Positions 1 through 9,204 of a stretch of DNA of 64,000 nt are shown one piece after another. Origin of the DNA: Candidatus Neptunichlamydia sp. (GTDB lineage Bacteria; Chlamydiota; Chlamydiia; Chlamydiales; Simkaniaceae); the NCBI GenBank assembly GCA_965233865.1, contig OZ247587.1:704001-768000 (forward strand), read 5' to 3'. Under the pieces are notes generated by a model. The model saw only the letters and a program-made list of their open reading frames with translations, ran no database searches and had not been told where the DNA came from. Within the stretch, counting starts at the first letter, position 1. Each line of letters begins with the position of its first letter. The position numbers were made by a program, and so were the translations under genes.

Positions 1-1527
1 ACAAAAGAACCCTTCGAAATTGCAATTGTCAATCGGGAAAACTACTTTGTTTTTCAACCAATGCTTGCAGAAGTCGTTGGAGGGTCTCTAGATCTCCTTG
101 ATACGATTAACCCCTTGAGAAAACTCCTTCCAAAGACTAATCTTTATGTGAGGGAAATTGACTCGATCGACATCGAAAGTCAGAAGGTAATCCTCGCACC
201 AAAATATTCCCATACTCCCTTTGACCTTCCTTATGATCATCTGGTGCTTGGGCTTGGAACTATAACAGATTTTCGAGGGATGTCTGGGCTTCACGAGCAT
301 GCTCTTCCTTTCAAAAACCTTGCCGACAGTGTAAATATCCGCAACCAAGTCATTGAGGTTTTGGAAGGCGCTGCAAATGAAAAGGATCCTCTGTTAAAAC
401 AAAAACTTCTTACATTTGTCGTGGGTGGTGGTGGATTTTCAGGAACGGAAGTAGTTGCTGAGGTCAATGACCTAGTCAGAAAACTTGCAAAAAAATATCC
501 TGAAATTGACCCCAATCAGATCCGGGTGGTTCTTATTCATAGTAAAGACCGCCTGATGGAGCGAGAAATGCCTGAAACCTTAGGGCGTTATGCTGCAATG
601 CTTCTTAAAAGGAGAGGCGTTGAAATCTATTTTAATGCACACCTTAAGGCAGCAACTCCTGAAGAAGCTATTCTTGATACTGGAGAACGCATCCCTTCTA
701 AAACTGTTATTTCTACCGTTCCTTCTTCCCCCAACCCTCTAATTGAAAACCTCCCACTGCATCTTGAAAGAGGGAAAATTGTTGCAGATGCGGGAATGCA
801 GGTTGAAGGACGGGCAAATGTTTGGTCTATCGGAGATTGTGCTGCAATTCCAAATCTAGAGGGAGGCGGATTGTGCCCTCCAACAGCTCAGTTCGCAATC
901 CGAGAAGCTAAGATCCTTGCTCATAATATTGCCGCTTCACTTTCTTCTGGAGGAACAAAAAAAGAATTTCGGTTTAAAGCTTTAGGAATGATGGGGGCCC
1001 TCGGTCACCACTCCGCGGTAGCAGAGTTATTTGGAAAATTTAAGTTTTCGGGACTTCCCGCTTGGGTCATGTGGCGCATGATTTATTGGGCGAAACTCCC
1101 TGGAATTGATCGAAAAATCAAAGTTGCTCTCTCTTGGGTACTTGATACCATGATTCCTATCGAAGCTGTTCAAATTAAAACAAGTCCCACGCAGGGAATT
1201 GCAGAGCTTCACTTCGAAGCTAATGAAATTATTTTCCACGAAGGAGATGTCGGCGACTATCTCTACATCATTATTAATGGAGAGGTTGAAGTTTTCACAA
1301 CAAAAGATCAGAAGAAAAAACTGATTGCCAAGCTTGGTAAAGGTGAATATTTTGGAGAAATGGCTCTTCTTAACCAACGATCAAGATTTGCAACAGTTCG
1401 CTGTCTTTCTCCTGTGGATGTCTTAGCGCTACGTAAGAATGATTTTGGTGTTCTTATTTCAAATTTCCAAGAACTGCGCAAGGATTTCGAACAAACTGAG
1501 AAAACTCGTAGAAAGGAAATTGGGTAG
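1..1527 (+). CDS. ndh: Type II NAD(P)H:quinone oxidoreductase (NDH-2) fused to a C-terminal cyclic-nucleotide-binding domain; 5' partial
   Basis: Frame is open from base 1 (..NRENYFVFQPML). Shows YDHLVLGLG, second GxGxxG (GGGGFSGTEV), WSIGDCA, and the quinone-site-like AQFAIRE. C-terminus IFHEGDVGDYLYII..G.VEV..YFGEMALL...RFATVR is a cNMP-binding fold. Confidence 0.9.
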   Translation, partial: TKEPFEIAIVNRENYFVFQPMLAEVVGGSLDLLDTINPLRKLLPKTNLYVREIDSIDIESQKVILAPKYSHTPFDLPYDHLVLGLGTITDFRGMSGLHEHALPFKNLADSVNIRNQVIEVLEGAANEKDPLLKQKLLTFVVGGGGFSGTEVVAEVNDLVRKLAKKYPEIDPNQIRVVLIHSKDRLMEREMPETLGRYAAMLLKRRGVEIYFNAHLKAATPEEAILDTGERIPSKTVISTVPSSPNPLIENLPLHLERGKIVADAGMQVEGRANVWSIGDCAAIPNLEGGGLCPPTAQFAIREAKILAHNIAASLSSGGTKKEFRFKALGMMGALGHHSAVAELFGKFKFSGLPAWVMWRMIYWAKLPGIDRKIKVALSWVLDTMIPIEAVQIKTSPTQGIAELHFEANEIIFHEGDVGDYLYIIINGEVEVFTTKDQKKKLIAKLGKGEYFGEMALLNQRSRFATVRCLSPVDVLALRKNDFGVLISNFQELRKDFEQTEKTRRKEIG

Positions 1528-1546
1528 CAACCTATAATCGCTTATT

Positions 1547-2197
1547 ATGGATATTTGGCTCGATACAACAGATGTAAAAACAATCACCTTAGGAAACAGA
1601 TTAGGAATCCTGATGGGAGTCACGACCAACCCCTCTTTGATTGCAAACTCAGGGCTAAGTCTGGAAGAAAATATCGATGCTATTTTGAAGTGTCAGAGTG
1701 GTCCCATTACCGTTCAAGTCACAGCTGTTGATCATTCCGGAATTATTGAGCAAGCTGAAACACTTCGTGAGTTTTCCGAGCGAATCATCGTAAAAATTCC
1801 CGTAACTCAGGAAGGCCTCAAGGCTATGAATTCTCTTTCTCACTTGCAATTCCCTGTCATGGCAACGGCAATTGTTACTCCCTATCAAGCGCTATTTGCC
1901 TGCCACGCAGGAGCAGCCTTCATTGCCCCTTACTACTCCAGCATCTTGAATCCGTTAGATGCATTAGAAGCAATCACTCTAATGTTAGATCGCTATGGAT
2001 TTGAGACAGGAATCGTGGCTGCCTCTCTAAAAACTGAAGGCCATATCGATGATTGCTTCCAACTTGGTATTGACGCTATCACGCTTAAAAAAGAGCTTTT
2101 TGAAACTTTCATTGCCGATCAAAGTGGAACGTTTGAAGCATTAGATCGCTTTTCAAACGATTGGAAGAAAGCAAAGCCCTCTAATCTCCTTCAATGA
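1547..2197 (+). CDS. Small transaldolase-family protein with fructose-6-phosphate aldolase-like signature
   Basis: LDT, GVTTNPSL, Schiff-base VKIP and AASLK motifs. Has Gln (TVQV) and Tyr (APY) at the positions separating FSA from TalC. Confidence 0.85.
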   Translation: MDIWLDTTDVKTITLGNRLGILMGVTTNPSLIANSGLSLEENIDAILKCQSGPITVQVTAVDHSGIIEQAETLREFSERIIVKIPVTQEGLKAMNSLSHLQFPVMATAIVTPYQALFACHAGAAFIAPYYSSILNPLDALEAITLMLDRYGFETGIVAASLKTEGHIDDCFQLGIDAITLKKELFETFIADQSGTFEALDRFSNDWKKAKPSNLLQ

Positions 2198-2348
2198 GAC
2201 ATACAAGCACATCTTTAAAGGAGTGCTATTTATTCGTAACATTCTTATGATTCCTTAAAAATCAGAGACTTGATGTGAACTCAAATTCACGAAAGATTCT
2301 CACAAAACTAACTTAAAATTAGATACTTGCAACATATTAGGGTGCCAG

Positions 2349-4250
2349 GTGGATTCTAACATATTTCGATTGGCAGAGTTTTCAATTGGAACTGCTTCTA
2401 AATTAGCCAATTACAACACTGGAAAAGCAATTTCTGTAGGCGCAGCCCTCCAAACAAGGGTCATTCATTTGCAAAGAACCGACCACTGCGTTGCGAAAGA
2501 CACGCATAAAATCACAAAGATTCTTATAGCCCTTAACTGCATAGGCACGTTATGGACCGGAGGAAAACTCACAGAAATATTGCAAGACAAGTACCAGATT
2601 TCCTTGATGAGCCCAAAGATGCTGACGAGTAATTGGACTGTTCCAGATTGGTCCATGTCTAAAATTTTTCTTTACAATACTGTAGGGGTCACCGCTGGAG
2701 CAGTTACTCTACTGACCCTCTATAATTTAACAACCGTTGCATCAAGTGCATTTAAACCTAATGATAGCCGTAGAGAGTCCTTACAAATCTCATGGGAAGA
2801 TCCCTTCTCCCAAAGCCTCGCCCAAACGCTGTATACAACTCAGATTGTTTTAAATGTGGCCCTCTTTTGTTTAGGCTCTAATCGGATCGAGTCACTTGTT
2901 ACCATTGGTGGACTTGCTGGATCTCTTTACTCTTCGTTCAAAATGGAATGGCTAAACCTTGAGCAAAATTCGGCAAGTTATGCAGGAAAAATTCACTACA
3001 CGACTCTTTTGATTCCAAGCGGCAATAATGACAATAAAAGAGTGACCTGTTCAAAGGGATGTACAAAGGAGGGGCATGATCCTTTAGATCATATCATCAG
3101 TAAGTTCCAAGCAGTTGTAGAGCATTCGAATGACAAAAAAAACTACCATACCTACCGTATAACAGACGAGCATGGTATATTTTTAAGGTACGCTTATGCA
3201 CTCGAATGTTCTAGGGAATCCCTGCCAAACTGCATTTCCTGCCCTGAAACTCCTGCACACGGATACCTGAGTGTTGAAATAGGATCGATTGTCTGGAATG
3301 GCAATATGCTTGAACCTAAATCCGACTTTGGAGCGGCTCTCTACCTGACCTACGGAGTTGTGCAACTCAGCCTTGTCTTAGTACAACAAAAGTACCCTCA
3401 CTTAGCCGGCTCTATTTATAAGATCCAAAAAATCATGATTGGCCTCGATATCCTTGCGATTGCTGGAAAAATTGATGACTATCAGTCAATGCAGAATGAA
3501 GAGTGGGAAGATGAGGCAATTTTTGGAACCCTTGCAATCTCAGCGGTTGCCCTCGGATACATTCTTTATTACCATAAGACTGAGACAGGAAAAGATCTAA
3601 TCGAGCATGTCAAAGGAGTGATTCCAGAAAACAATCTAGCAAATCTAACAGTCAATTCAACAACGCCCATTTCATTCACAGTAATGCAATGGATGTTAAC
3701 GAACAAAATCATCCTTGACTTAGCTCTTGCTCCTCATGCTCCTAATGAACAGATTCACCTGCTTAGTGCTGCTGTTGAAGCGTTTGCTCTCTACAAACTC
3801 TCTCAAATACACTGGATCTTCTTCGAGAGAAAATACACGATGCCGCTCATGAATCGTCCTTTCAAATTATTTGATCTAACGCTTGCAGAAACAACAAATG
3901 CCGCACGCGAAAGTTTTGAGCATTCCTTAACAAAAGTCACAACGCGACTCCATTTTATTGTCTCTAGTGAAAAACATCTATTACCTGATGCTGAGTCAAT
4001 GCAAAAAATGCTCCAAGGAATCTACGACTACTCAACAAAGTTTTTTGAAGACAGTTTCTGGCAACATTACTGGCATGTAACCTACTATTGTGGTGTGGAA
4101 ATTAATCGTAAACTTATTATGCATGCTCAGATCTTCCCTCGTTCCCTTAAAATTGGGGATGTTGATTACTTCGATCTCCTAACCTATTGGGAAGGAAACG
4201 CATACAATTGTTTGGCAAGAACCACCACACTTAGCTTTCAAATGCAATAG
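2349..4250 (+). CDS. Hypothetical multi-pass membrane protein with an internal duplication and a Cys/His cluster
   Basis: 633-aa ORF with GTG start and several hydrophobic segments; no family recognised. Confidence 0.6.
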   Translation: MDSNIFRLAEFSIGTASKLANYNTGKAISVGAALQTRVIHLQRTDHCVAKDTHKITKILIALNCIGTLWTGGKLTEILQDKYQISLMSPKMLTSNWTVPDWSMSKIFLYNTVGVTAGAVTLLTLYNLTTVASSAFKPNDSRRESLQISWEDPFSQSLAQTLYTTQIVLNVALFCLGSNRIESLVTIGGLAGSLYSSFKMEWLNLEQNSASYAGKIHYTTLLIPSGNNDNKRVTCSKGCTKEGHDPLDHIISKFQAVVEHSNDKKNYHTYRITDEHGIFLRYAYALECSRESLPNCISCPETPAHGYLSVEIGSIVWNGNMLEPKSDFGAALYLTYGVVQLSLVLVQQKYPHLAGSIYKIQKIMIGLDILAIAGKIDDYQSMQNEEWEDEAIFGTLAISAVALGYILYYHKTETGKDLIEHVKGVIPENNLANLTVNSTTPISFTVMQWMLTNKIILDLALAPHAPNEQIHLLSAAVEAFALYKLSQIHWIFFERKYTMPLMNRPFKLFDLTLAETTNAARESFEHSLTKVTTRLHFIVSSEKHLLPDAESMQKMLQGIYDYSTKFFEDSFWQHYWHVTYYCGVEINRKLIMHAQIFPRSLKIGDVDYFDLLTYWEGNAYNCLARTTTLSFQMQ

Positions 4251-4264
4251 GTGGGGTTCCCCTC

Positions 4265-4298
4265 GGCTGTGTTGAAAAATGATTTATTCAACACAGCC
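4265..4298. repeat. Perfect 12-bp inverted repeat resembling IS903-group ends; possible bidirectional terminator
   Basis: GGCTGTGTTGAA(4265-4276)...TTCAACACAGCC(4287-4298), lying between convergent genes. Confidence 0.7.
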
Positions 4299-4465
4299 TT
4301 GGAGAATTCATGTATTTGATGTTTTCAAACAGAACTATATGACACTCAAAAATGCCCTGCCTCAAGCTGAAGAGGTTTAGCTATCAAATTGGCTTTGGGC
4401 AAGAGGTAAAATCGTTTTTTGGAAGGGACATCGCCTTGCTTTTCTACAAATTCCCAAGTAAATTC

Positions 4466-5269
4466 TTACGAACTAACAACCATCTCCCACATTAATATCC
4501 CCTTTATTGGACTTGCTTCCCCCTGAAACTTTACCTTCATTAAAGGTACTTTTACCTCACTATTCGCCCGAGTTATGATTGCATTCAGTTGAAGAATTCC
4601 TTCTTCAATTGAATGTCCTTCAAATCTTGCATCAAGAAATGGAAGAAGCTCGAAACACTTAAATGCCAAAGCAATTTGTGCATTGTGAAAAACCTGACGC
4701 AAACTACTCCCATAGACTCTAAAAACAAGGTCTGTGCGAGACTCTATCTCTTCAAATGGAGGAAGTAAATCATGGCTCCAAATCGGTTCATATCGAAGCC
4801 CCTTATAACTTTCATAGAGGTGAAAGTTATGGAAATACAGAGGAAGAGAATGAAAGTTCTTCTTCCATTCTTTCTCACTAAAGGGACTTCTTCCCAAAGT
4901 AACATGCTTTAAAAATTTTCTCCGCTCCAATTGATACCCCTCCTTTTCTAAAAACTCTGAGAGTTCTTTTTGATAGGCCTTAATAGGATCTTCTCCAAAG
5001 GGATCAACGTGCCATGTCACAACGTTTGGGTGCCTCTTCGGAAGGAACAAGCAAGAGTCTGAAATTCCTACAGGTCCCACACGAAAATGGGGCTTTGGAA
5101 GCCTGGGAATAAGATTGCGGAGTTTGCTGTAGGAGATGTCCCCTAAAAATGCCAATGTAAGGTGTCGGTGCTTTGCTTTCAGTGTGCGTGCATCCGGAAG
5201 GGTTTCAGGCCATGGAGCATGGACTTCAAATCCAAAAAAAAGACGTTTTCTATCCTCAATCTCATCCAC
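4466..5269 (-). CDS. thpR: RNA 2',3'-cyclic phosphodiesterase (2H/LigT-ThpR family) with C-terminal archease-like domain
   Basis: N-terminal RLFFG and two HxT motifs (HLTLAFLG, HVTLGR). C-terminal FEEIESRTDLVFRVYG.S...F.NA is archease-like. Confidence 0.8.
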   Translation of the reverse strand: MDEIEDRKRLFFGFEVHAPWPETLPDARTLKAKHRHLTLAFLGDISYSKLRNLIPRLPKPHFRVGPVGISDSCLFLPKRHPNVVTWHVDPFGEDPIKAYQKELSEFLEKEGYQLERRKFLKHVTLGRSPFSEKEWKKNFHSLPLYFHNFHLYESYKGLRYEPIWSHDLLPPFEEIESRTDLVFRVYGSSLRQVFHNAQIALAFKCFELLPFLDARFEGHSIEEGILQLNAIITRANSEVKVPLMKVKFQGEASPIKGILMWEMVVSS

Positions 5270-5271
5270 TT

Positions 5272-5424
5272 CTAGCCTGCTTCCTTAATAACATGCAGAA
5301 AAGTGCATAGAAAAACCCTAAGACTAGTCCAAATACTCTTAACAAAACGATGGAGGATAAGGGAAAAGATGATCCCAAATATAATTGCTGTCACATAGTG
5401 GGCTATATTCAATATAATTTTCAC
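5272..5424 (-). CDS. Putative 50-aa small membrane protein
   Basis: Hand-translated from GTG: MKIILNIAHYVTAIIFGIIFSLILHRFVKSIWTSLRVFLCTFLHVIKEAG*. Stop lies 2 nt before the thpR start. Confidence 0.3.
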   Translation of the reverse strand: MKIILNIAHYVTAIIFGIIFSLILHRFVKSIWTSLRVFLCTFLHVIKEAG

Positions 5425-5495
5425 CGATAAGTATTCTTCTTCATACCCTAGGTATACTCAATCAAGAAAAAAGAGAGAAGCGGATTTAATTTAAA

Positions 5496-6818
5496 ATGCC
5501 TTCTTTAAAAGAATTTTTCTTCACTTCTTCACAAAATAAACCAGAATGCAGTATACCAAGGAGGATGACAAAACATGTTCATATGCGGCGTTGGATCATT
5601 TGGTCTCTTGCAGTCGCTTTCTACTTTTACGAATACTTCCTCCGTGTCGCGCCTAGCGTTATGGTCTCAGAACTGTTTAAGGCATTCAATATTGGTGCTG
5701 GAGTTTTTGGAATTATTTCCGCAGCTTACCTTTATGCCTATGCCCCCATGCAGCTTCCTGTTGGTGCCTTGATGGATCGCTTTGGAGCACGAAAGCTATT
5801 GACAATCGCAACCCTCATGTGTGGGATTGCATCTATCCTTTTTGGCATAGCTCCGAGGGTATGGCTTACTATTACTGCCCGTCTCTTCATGGGAGTAGGC
5901 TCAGCATTTGCCTTTATCGGAATGGTCTATATCTCTTCTCATTGGTTTCATGGAAAAATCCTTGCTCTGCTCGTAGGGATTGGAAACTCTATTGGGATGT
6001 TTGGAGCTGTTTTTGGAGAAGGGCCGCTTTCTGAGCTTATGCATATATTTTCTTGGAGGCAGGCTTCGGTCATCTTAGGCTTTGCTGGCATAGGGCTAGG
6101 AATCATTATCTATTTAGCAGTACGCAACGAACCTCCCTCGATGGAGCACTATGATCCTAAGCCCAAACTTTCCATGATTCAGGGAGTTAAAAGCGTTTGC
6201 AAAAACTCGCAGACCTGGATTAATGGGATTGTTGCAATGATGTTCTATACAGCCACCGTTTCGTTTGGAGGGCTTTGGGCCATTCCATTTCTTCAGCAAG
6301 CCCAAGGGTTTTCGAATGAGTCGGCAAGCTATGCCACGTCGATGATCTATGTAGGATGGATTGTAGCAGGACCTATTATTGGAACGATCTCTGATCGGAT
6401 TTGTAACCGAAAAATTATGCTTTTTACGTTTACTCTACTCAGTATCGTCTTTTTCTCTCTCATTACCTACACCCCAATTCGAAACCCTTTTTGGATTTTT
6501 ACCCTCATGTTTCTTCTAGGCTGCTGTCTATCGGGTGAGCTTCTCTGCTATTGTTTATCCATTGAGCTCAATCTCCCCGAAACGAAAGGTTCTGCCCTTG
6601 CCATCACAAATTTCTTAGTATTTGTAGCGGGCTCCCTTGTTCAAACTCTTGTAGGTCTTATCCTAGATTGGAATTGGAGTGGCCAAGTACTTCATGGAGT
6701 CCGTGTGTACGGCCTGACGAACTATAAAATGGCGCTCACTGTCTTTCCTATCACCATGCTGATTGCATTTATCTTTACTTTTTTCATCCGTGAAAAAGAT
6801 AAACCGTGGTGCAGTTGA
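5496..6818 (+). CDS. MFS transporter (Pht/MFSD1-like)
   Basis: About 12 TM segments; MFS motif A GALMDRFGARK and second-half GTISDRI. Confidence 0.9.
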   Translation: MPSLKEFFFTSSQNKPECSIPRRMTKHVHMRRWIIWSLAVAFYFYEYFLRVAPSVMVSELFKAFNIGAGVFGIISAAYLYAYAPMQLPVGALMDRFGARKLLTIATLMCGIASILFGIAPRVWLTITARLFMGVGSAFAFIGMVYISSHWFHGKILALLVGIGNSIGMFGAVFGEGPLSELMHIFSWRQASVILGFAGIGLGIIIYLAVRNEPPSMEHYDPKPKLSMIQGVKSVCKNSQTWINGIVAMMFYTATVSFGGLWAIPFLQQAQGFSNESASYATSMIYVGWIVAGPIIGTISDRICNRKIMLFTFTLLSIVFFSLITYTPIRNPFWIFTLMFLLGCCLSGELLCYCLSIELNLPETKGSALAITNFLVFVAGSLVQTLVGLILDWNWSGQVLHGVRVYGLTNYKMALTVFPITMLIAFIFTFFIREKDKPWCS

Positions 6819-6881
6819 AAGATCCTATGTGTAAGCCCAAAAGGCTGTCGATTCCCTGTATGAAAAAAGGAGCCTTCTTAA

Positions 6882-7790
6882 ATGAACCGTAAGTATGTCC
6901 TACCGACACTGGCTTTTTTTGGGCTCCTCTTTGCTCTTTTTATGGTATTTTATGGAGCAAGAACTCCTCCAATTCCTCCGATTGAATTCCCCCCTCCCGC
7001 TCCTCCCTATAAACATTACGTTGCTGGAGCAGGAGTTGTAGAAGCAGCATCTGAAGGTATCAAAGTGGGGGCCCCCTTTAATGAGATTGTCACAGATGTT
7101 TTTGTGAGTGTAGGGCAAATCGTGAAGAAAAACATCCCGCTCTTCCAACTCAATGTTGAAACGCTCAGTGCTGAGTATGAAGAAGTCAAACAAAAACGGG
7201 ATGTTGCTAAAACTAAATACGAGGATCAAAAGACAGAGCTTTCTCTTTACCAAAATCTCAAAGATAAACGGGCAGTGAGTGAAAATGAGATCAATAAACA
7301 ATACTATTCGACAGAGGCTGCCCTGAATGAACTGAAAGAGGCCGAGGCCTCAATAAAGGTCATCGCTTCAAAAATTCAACGCTCAACAATTCGAGCGCCC
7401 ATGAATGGGCAGGTCCTCCAAATTAATATCCATGTAGGAGAATCTGCAGATGTCAATCTTTTCAATAAAAAACCTCATATGCTTTTTGGGCAAACCGACC
7501 CGCTTCATATTCGAGTAGAAATTGATGAAGATGATGCATGGCGTGTGCAAAAAGGCTCTCCCGCAATTGCCTATATTCGGGGAAACAGTTCGATCAGCAC
7601 TCCTTTAGATTTTCTCTATATTGAACCCTATATCATCCCCAAATCAGCCCTAACTGGAGATAACCAAGAAAAGGTCGACACCCGTGTACTGCAAATTATC
7701 TACTCCTTTGAGAGAGAAAATCTTCCCATTTACCCGGGACAAATTATGGACATCTTCATCAAAGGAATTCCAGCAAATGAAAGGTATTAG
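6882..7790 (+). CDS. HlyD/DevB-family periplasmic adaptor
   Basis: N-terminal TM, lipoyl-like VFVSVGQIV and IRAPMNGQV halves flanking a coiled coil, and the VDTRVLQIIY motif. Confidence 0.88.
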   Translation: MNRKYVLPTLAFFGLLFALFMVFYGARTPPIPPIEFPPPAPPYKHYVAGAGVVEAASEGIKVGAPFNEIVTDVFVSVGQIVKKNIPLFQLNVETLSAEYEEVKQKRDVAKTKYEDQKTELSLYQNLKDKRAVSENEINKQYYSTEAALNELKEAEASIKVIASKIQRSTIRAPMNGQVLQINIHVGESADVNLFNKKPHMLFGQTDPLHIRVEIDEDDAWRVQKGSPAIAYIRGNSSISTPLDFLYIEPYIIPKSALTGDNQEKVDTRVLQIIYSFERENLPIYPGQIMDIFIKGIPANERY

Positions 7791-9204
7791 TGGCCAGCCC
7801 CAGAAATCCCTCAAAAAACTGACCACTAGGTCTATTCTTTTCCTTTTTTTGACAGGATGCGCTGTAGGGCCCAATTATCAACCTCCACCTGTTGCTCTTC
7901 CCGAGAGTTATAGAGAACTTCATAATGATGAAGGAATTGATGAAGTTGCCTTCAAAAGATGGTGGACAACTTTTAATGACCCACTCCTCGATATGCTTGT
8001 TCACGAAGCGCTTTCCCAAAATTACGACTTAAAAATTGCCATTGAAAAAGTCAATGAAGTCAGAGCCCTTTACCAAATTGAAGCAGCTGAACTCTACCCA
8101 AAAATCGACATGACCGCGGATGAACAGCGCACCCGCATTAGCCAGTCTCTTTTTGATGCTTCCTTTATAGGTCCTCCTTATCAAACCTTCTACAAGGTAG
8201 GCTTTGATGCAAGTTGGGAAGTGGACATTTTTGGAAAGCGCAGGCGCGAAAAAGAGGCGGCCTATTATGAATACGAAGCCGAGATTAATAGTGCCCGCGA
8301 TGTATATATTACTCTTCTTAGCGAACTTGCCTCCACCTATATTGAAATCCGAGGCTTTCAGCACAGAATAACTCTTTCGAAAAAGAATATCTACATCCAA
8401 AAAGAGCTCTTAGCTCTTGCCGAATCTCGCTTTAGTGCGGGACTCAATAGTGAAATTAAGCCTCAACAAGTCCGTTTCAACTTAGAAGAATCGGAAGCAA
8501 TACTCCCAGAACTTGAAACGAATTACCGCCGTGCAATCCACCGGATGACGATGCTCCTTGGAAAATCTCCTGACAGCCTCCACAGTGATTTTGACAAGCA
8601 GCGCGCAATCCCTGTAAGTATAGCCGCAATCCCTATCGGTCTTCCCTCTGATCTTCTCAGACGCCGACCTGATATTCGCCGAGCAGAGAGAACTCTTGCT
8701 GCAGCTACCGCAAATATCGGATCTGCCATTGCAGACCTTTTCCCCCGTTTTTCCCTTTTGGGGAGTTTCGGTTTTGAAAGTAATCGCACGAATAATTGGT
8801 TCAAGGCGCGCAGTCGCACCTGGTCGATTAGTCCCAAGATACAATGGCCGATTATCTATTTTGGGCGGATTAGAGCAAATATACGGGTGCAGAATGCCAA
8901 ACAACAGCAAGCTCTCTTTAATTACGAGCAAACAATTCTTACCTCGTTTGAAGATGTTAAAAATGCTCTAATTTCCTATTATAAGGAGGACGAAAGGGTA
9001 GACCGCTTTGAAAAACAGGTAAATAGTGCAACACGCACTTATGAGTTAACACGCGATCGCTATATTAGCGGTCTTGTGGATTTCTCAGTACTTCTTGATG
9101 CTGACCGCATACGTCTCTCTGCAGAAAATAATCTTGTGGATAGCACCCAAGCACTGAGCACTAACCTTGTTGCTCTCTATAAATCACTTGGTGGGGAGTG
9201 GTAA
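7777..9204 (+). CDS. NodT/OprM-family outer-membrane efflux lipoprotein
   Basis: Lipobox LTGC-AVGPNY, WW..FNDP.L, WEVDIFG, LL.RRPDI and terminal LYKSLGGEW. Start placed at ATG 7777 (in frame with ORF 7684). Confidence 0.92.
   Translation: MKGISGQPQKSLKKLTTRSILFLFLTGCAVGPNYQPPPVALPESYRELHNDEGIDEVAFKRWWTTFNDPLLDMLVHEALSQNYDLKIAIEKVNEVRALYQIEAAELYPKIDMTADEQRTRISQSLFDASFIGPPYQTFYKVGFDASWEVDIFGKRRREKEAAYYEYEAEINSARDVYITLLSELASTYIEIRGFQHRITLSKKNIYIQKELLALAESRFSAGLNSEIKPQQVRFNLEESEAILPELETNYRRAIHRMTMLLGKSPDSLHSDFDKQRAIPVSIAAIPIGLPSDLLRRRPDIRRAERTLAAATANIGSAIADLFPRFSLLGSFGFESNRTNNWFKARSRTWSISPKIQWPIIYFGRIRANIRVQNAKQQQALFNYEQTILTSFEDVKNALISYYKEDERVDRFEKQVNSATRTYELTRDRYISGLVDFSVLLDADRIRLSAENNLVDSTQALSTNLVALYKSLGGEW

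Noticed and set aside
7684..7776. Longer N-terminus for the outer-membrane efflux protein
   Set aside because: It overlaps the adaptor gene by over 100 nt; ATG 7777 gives a normal lipoprotein signal.
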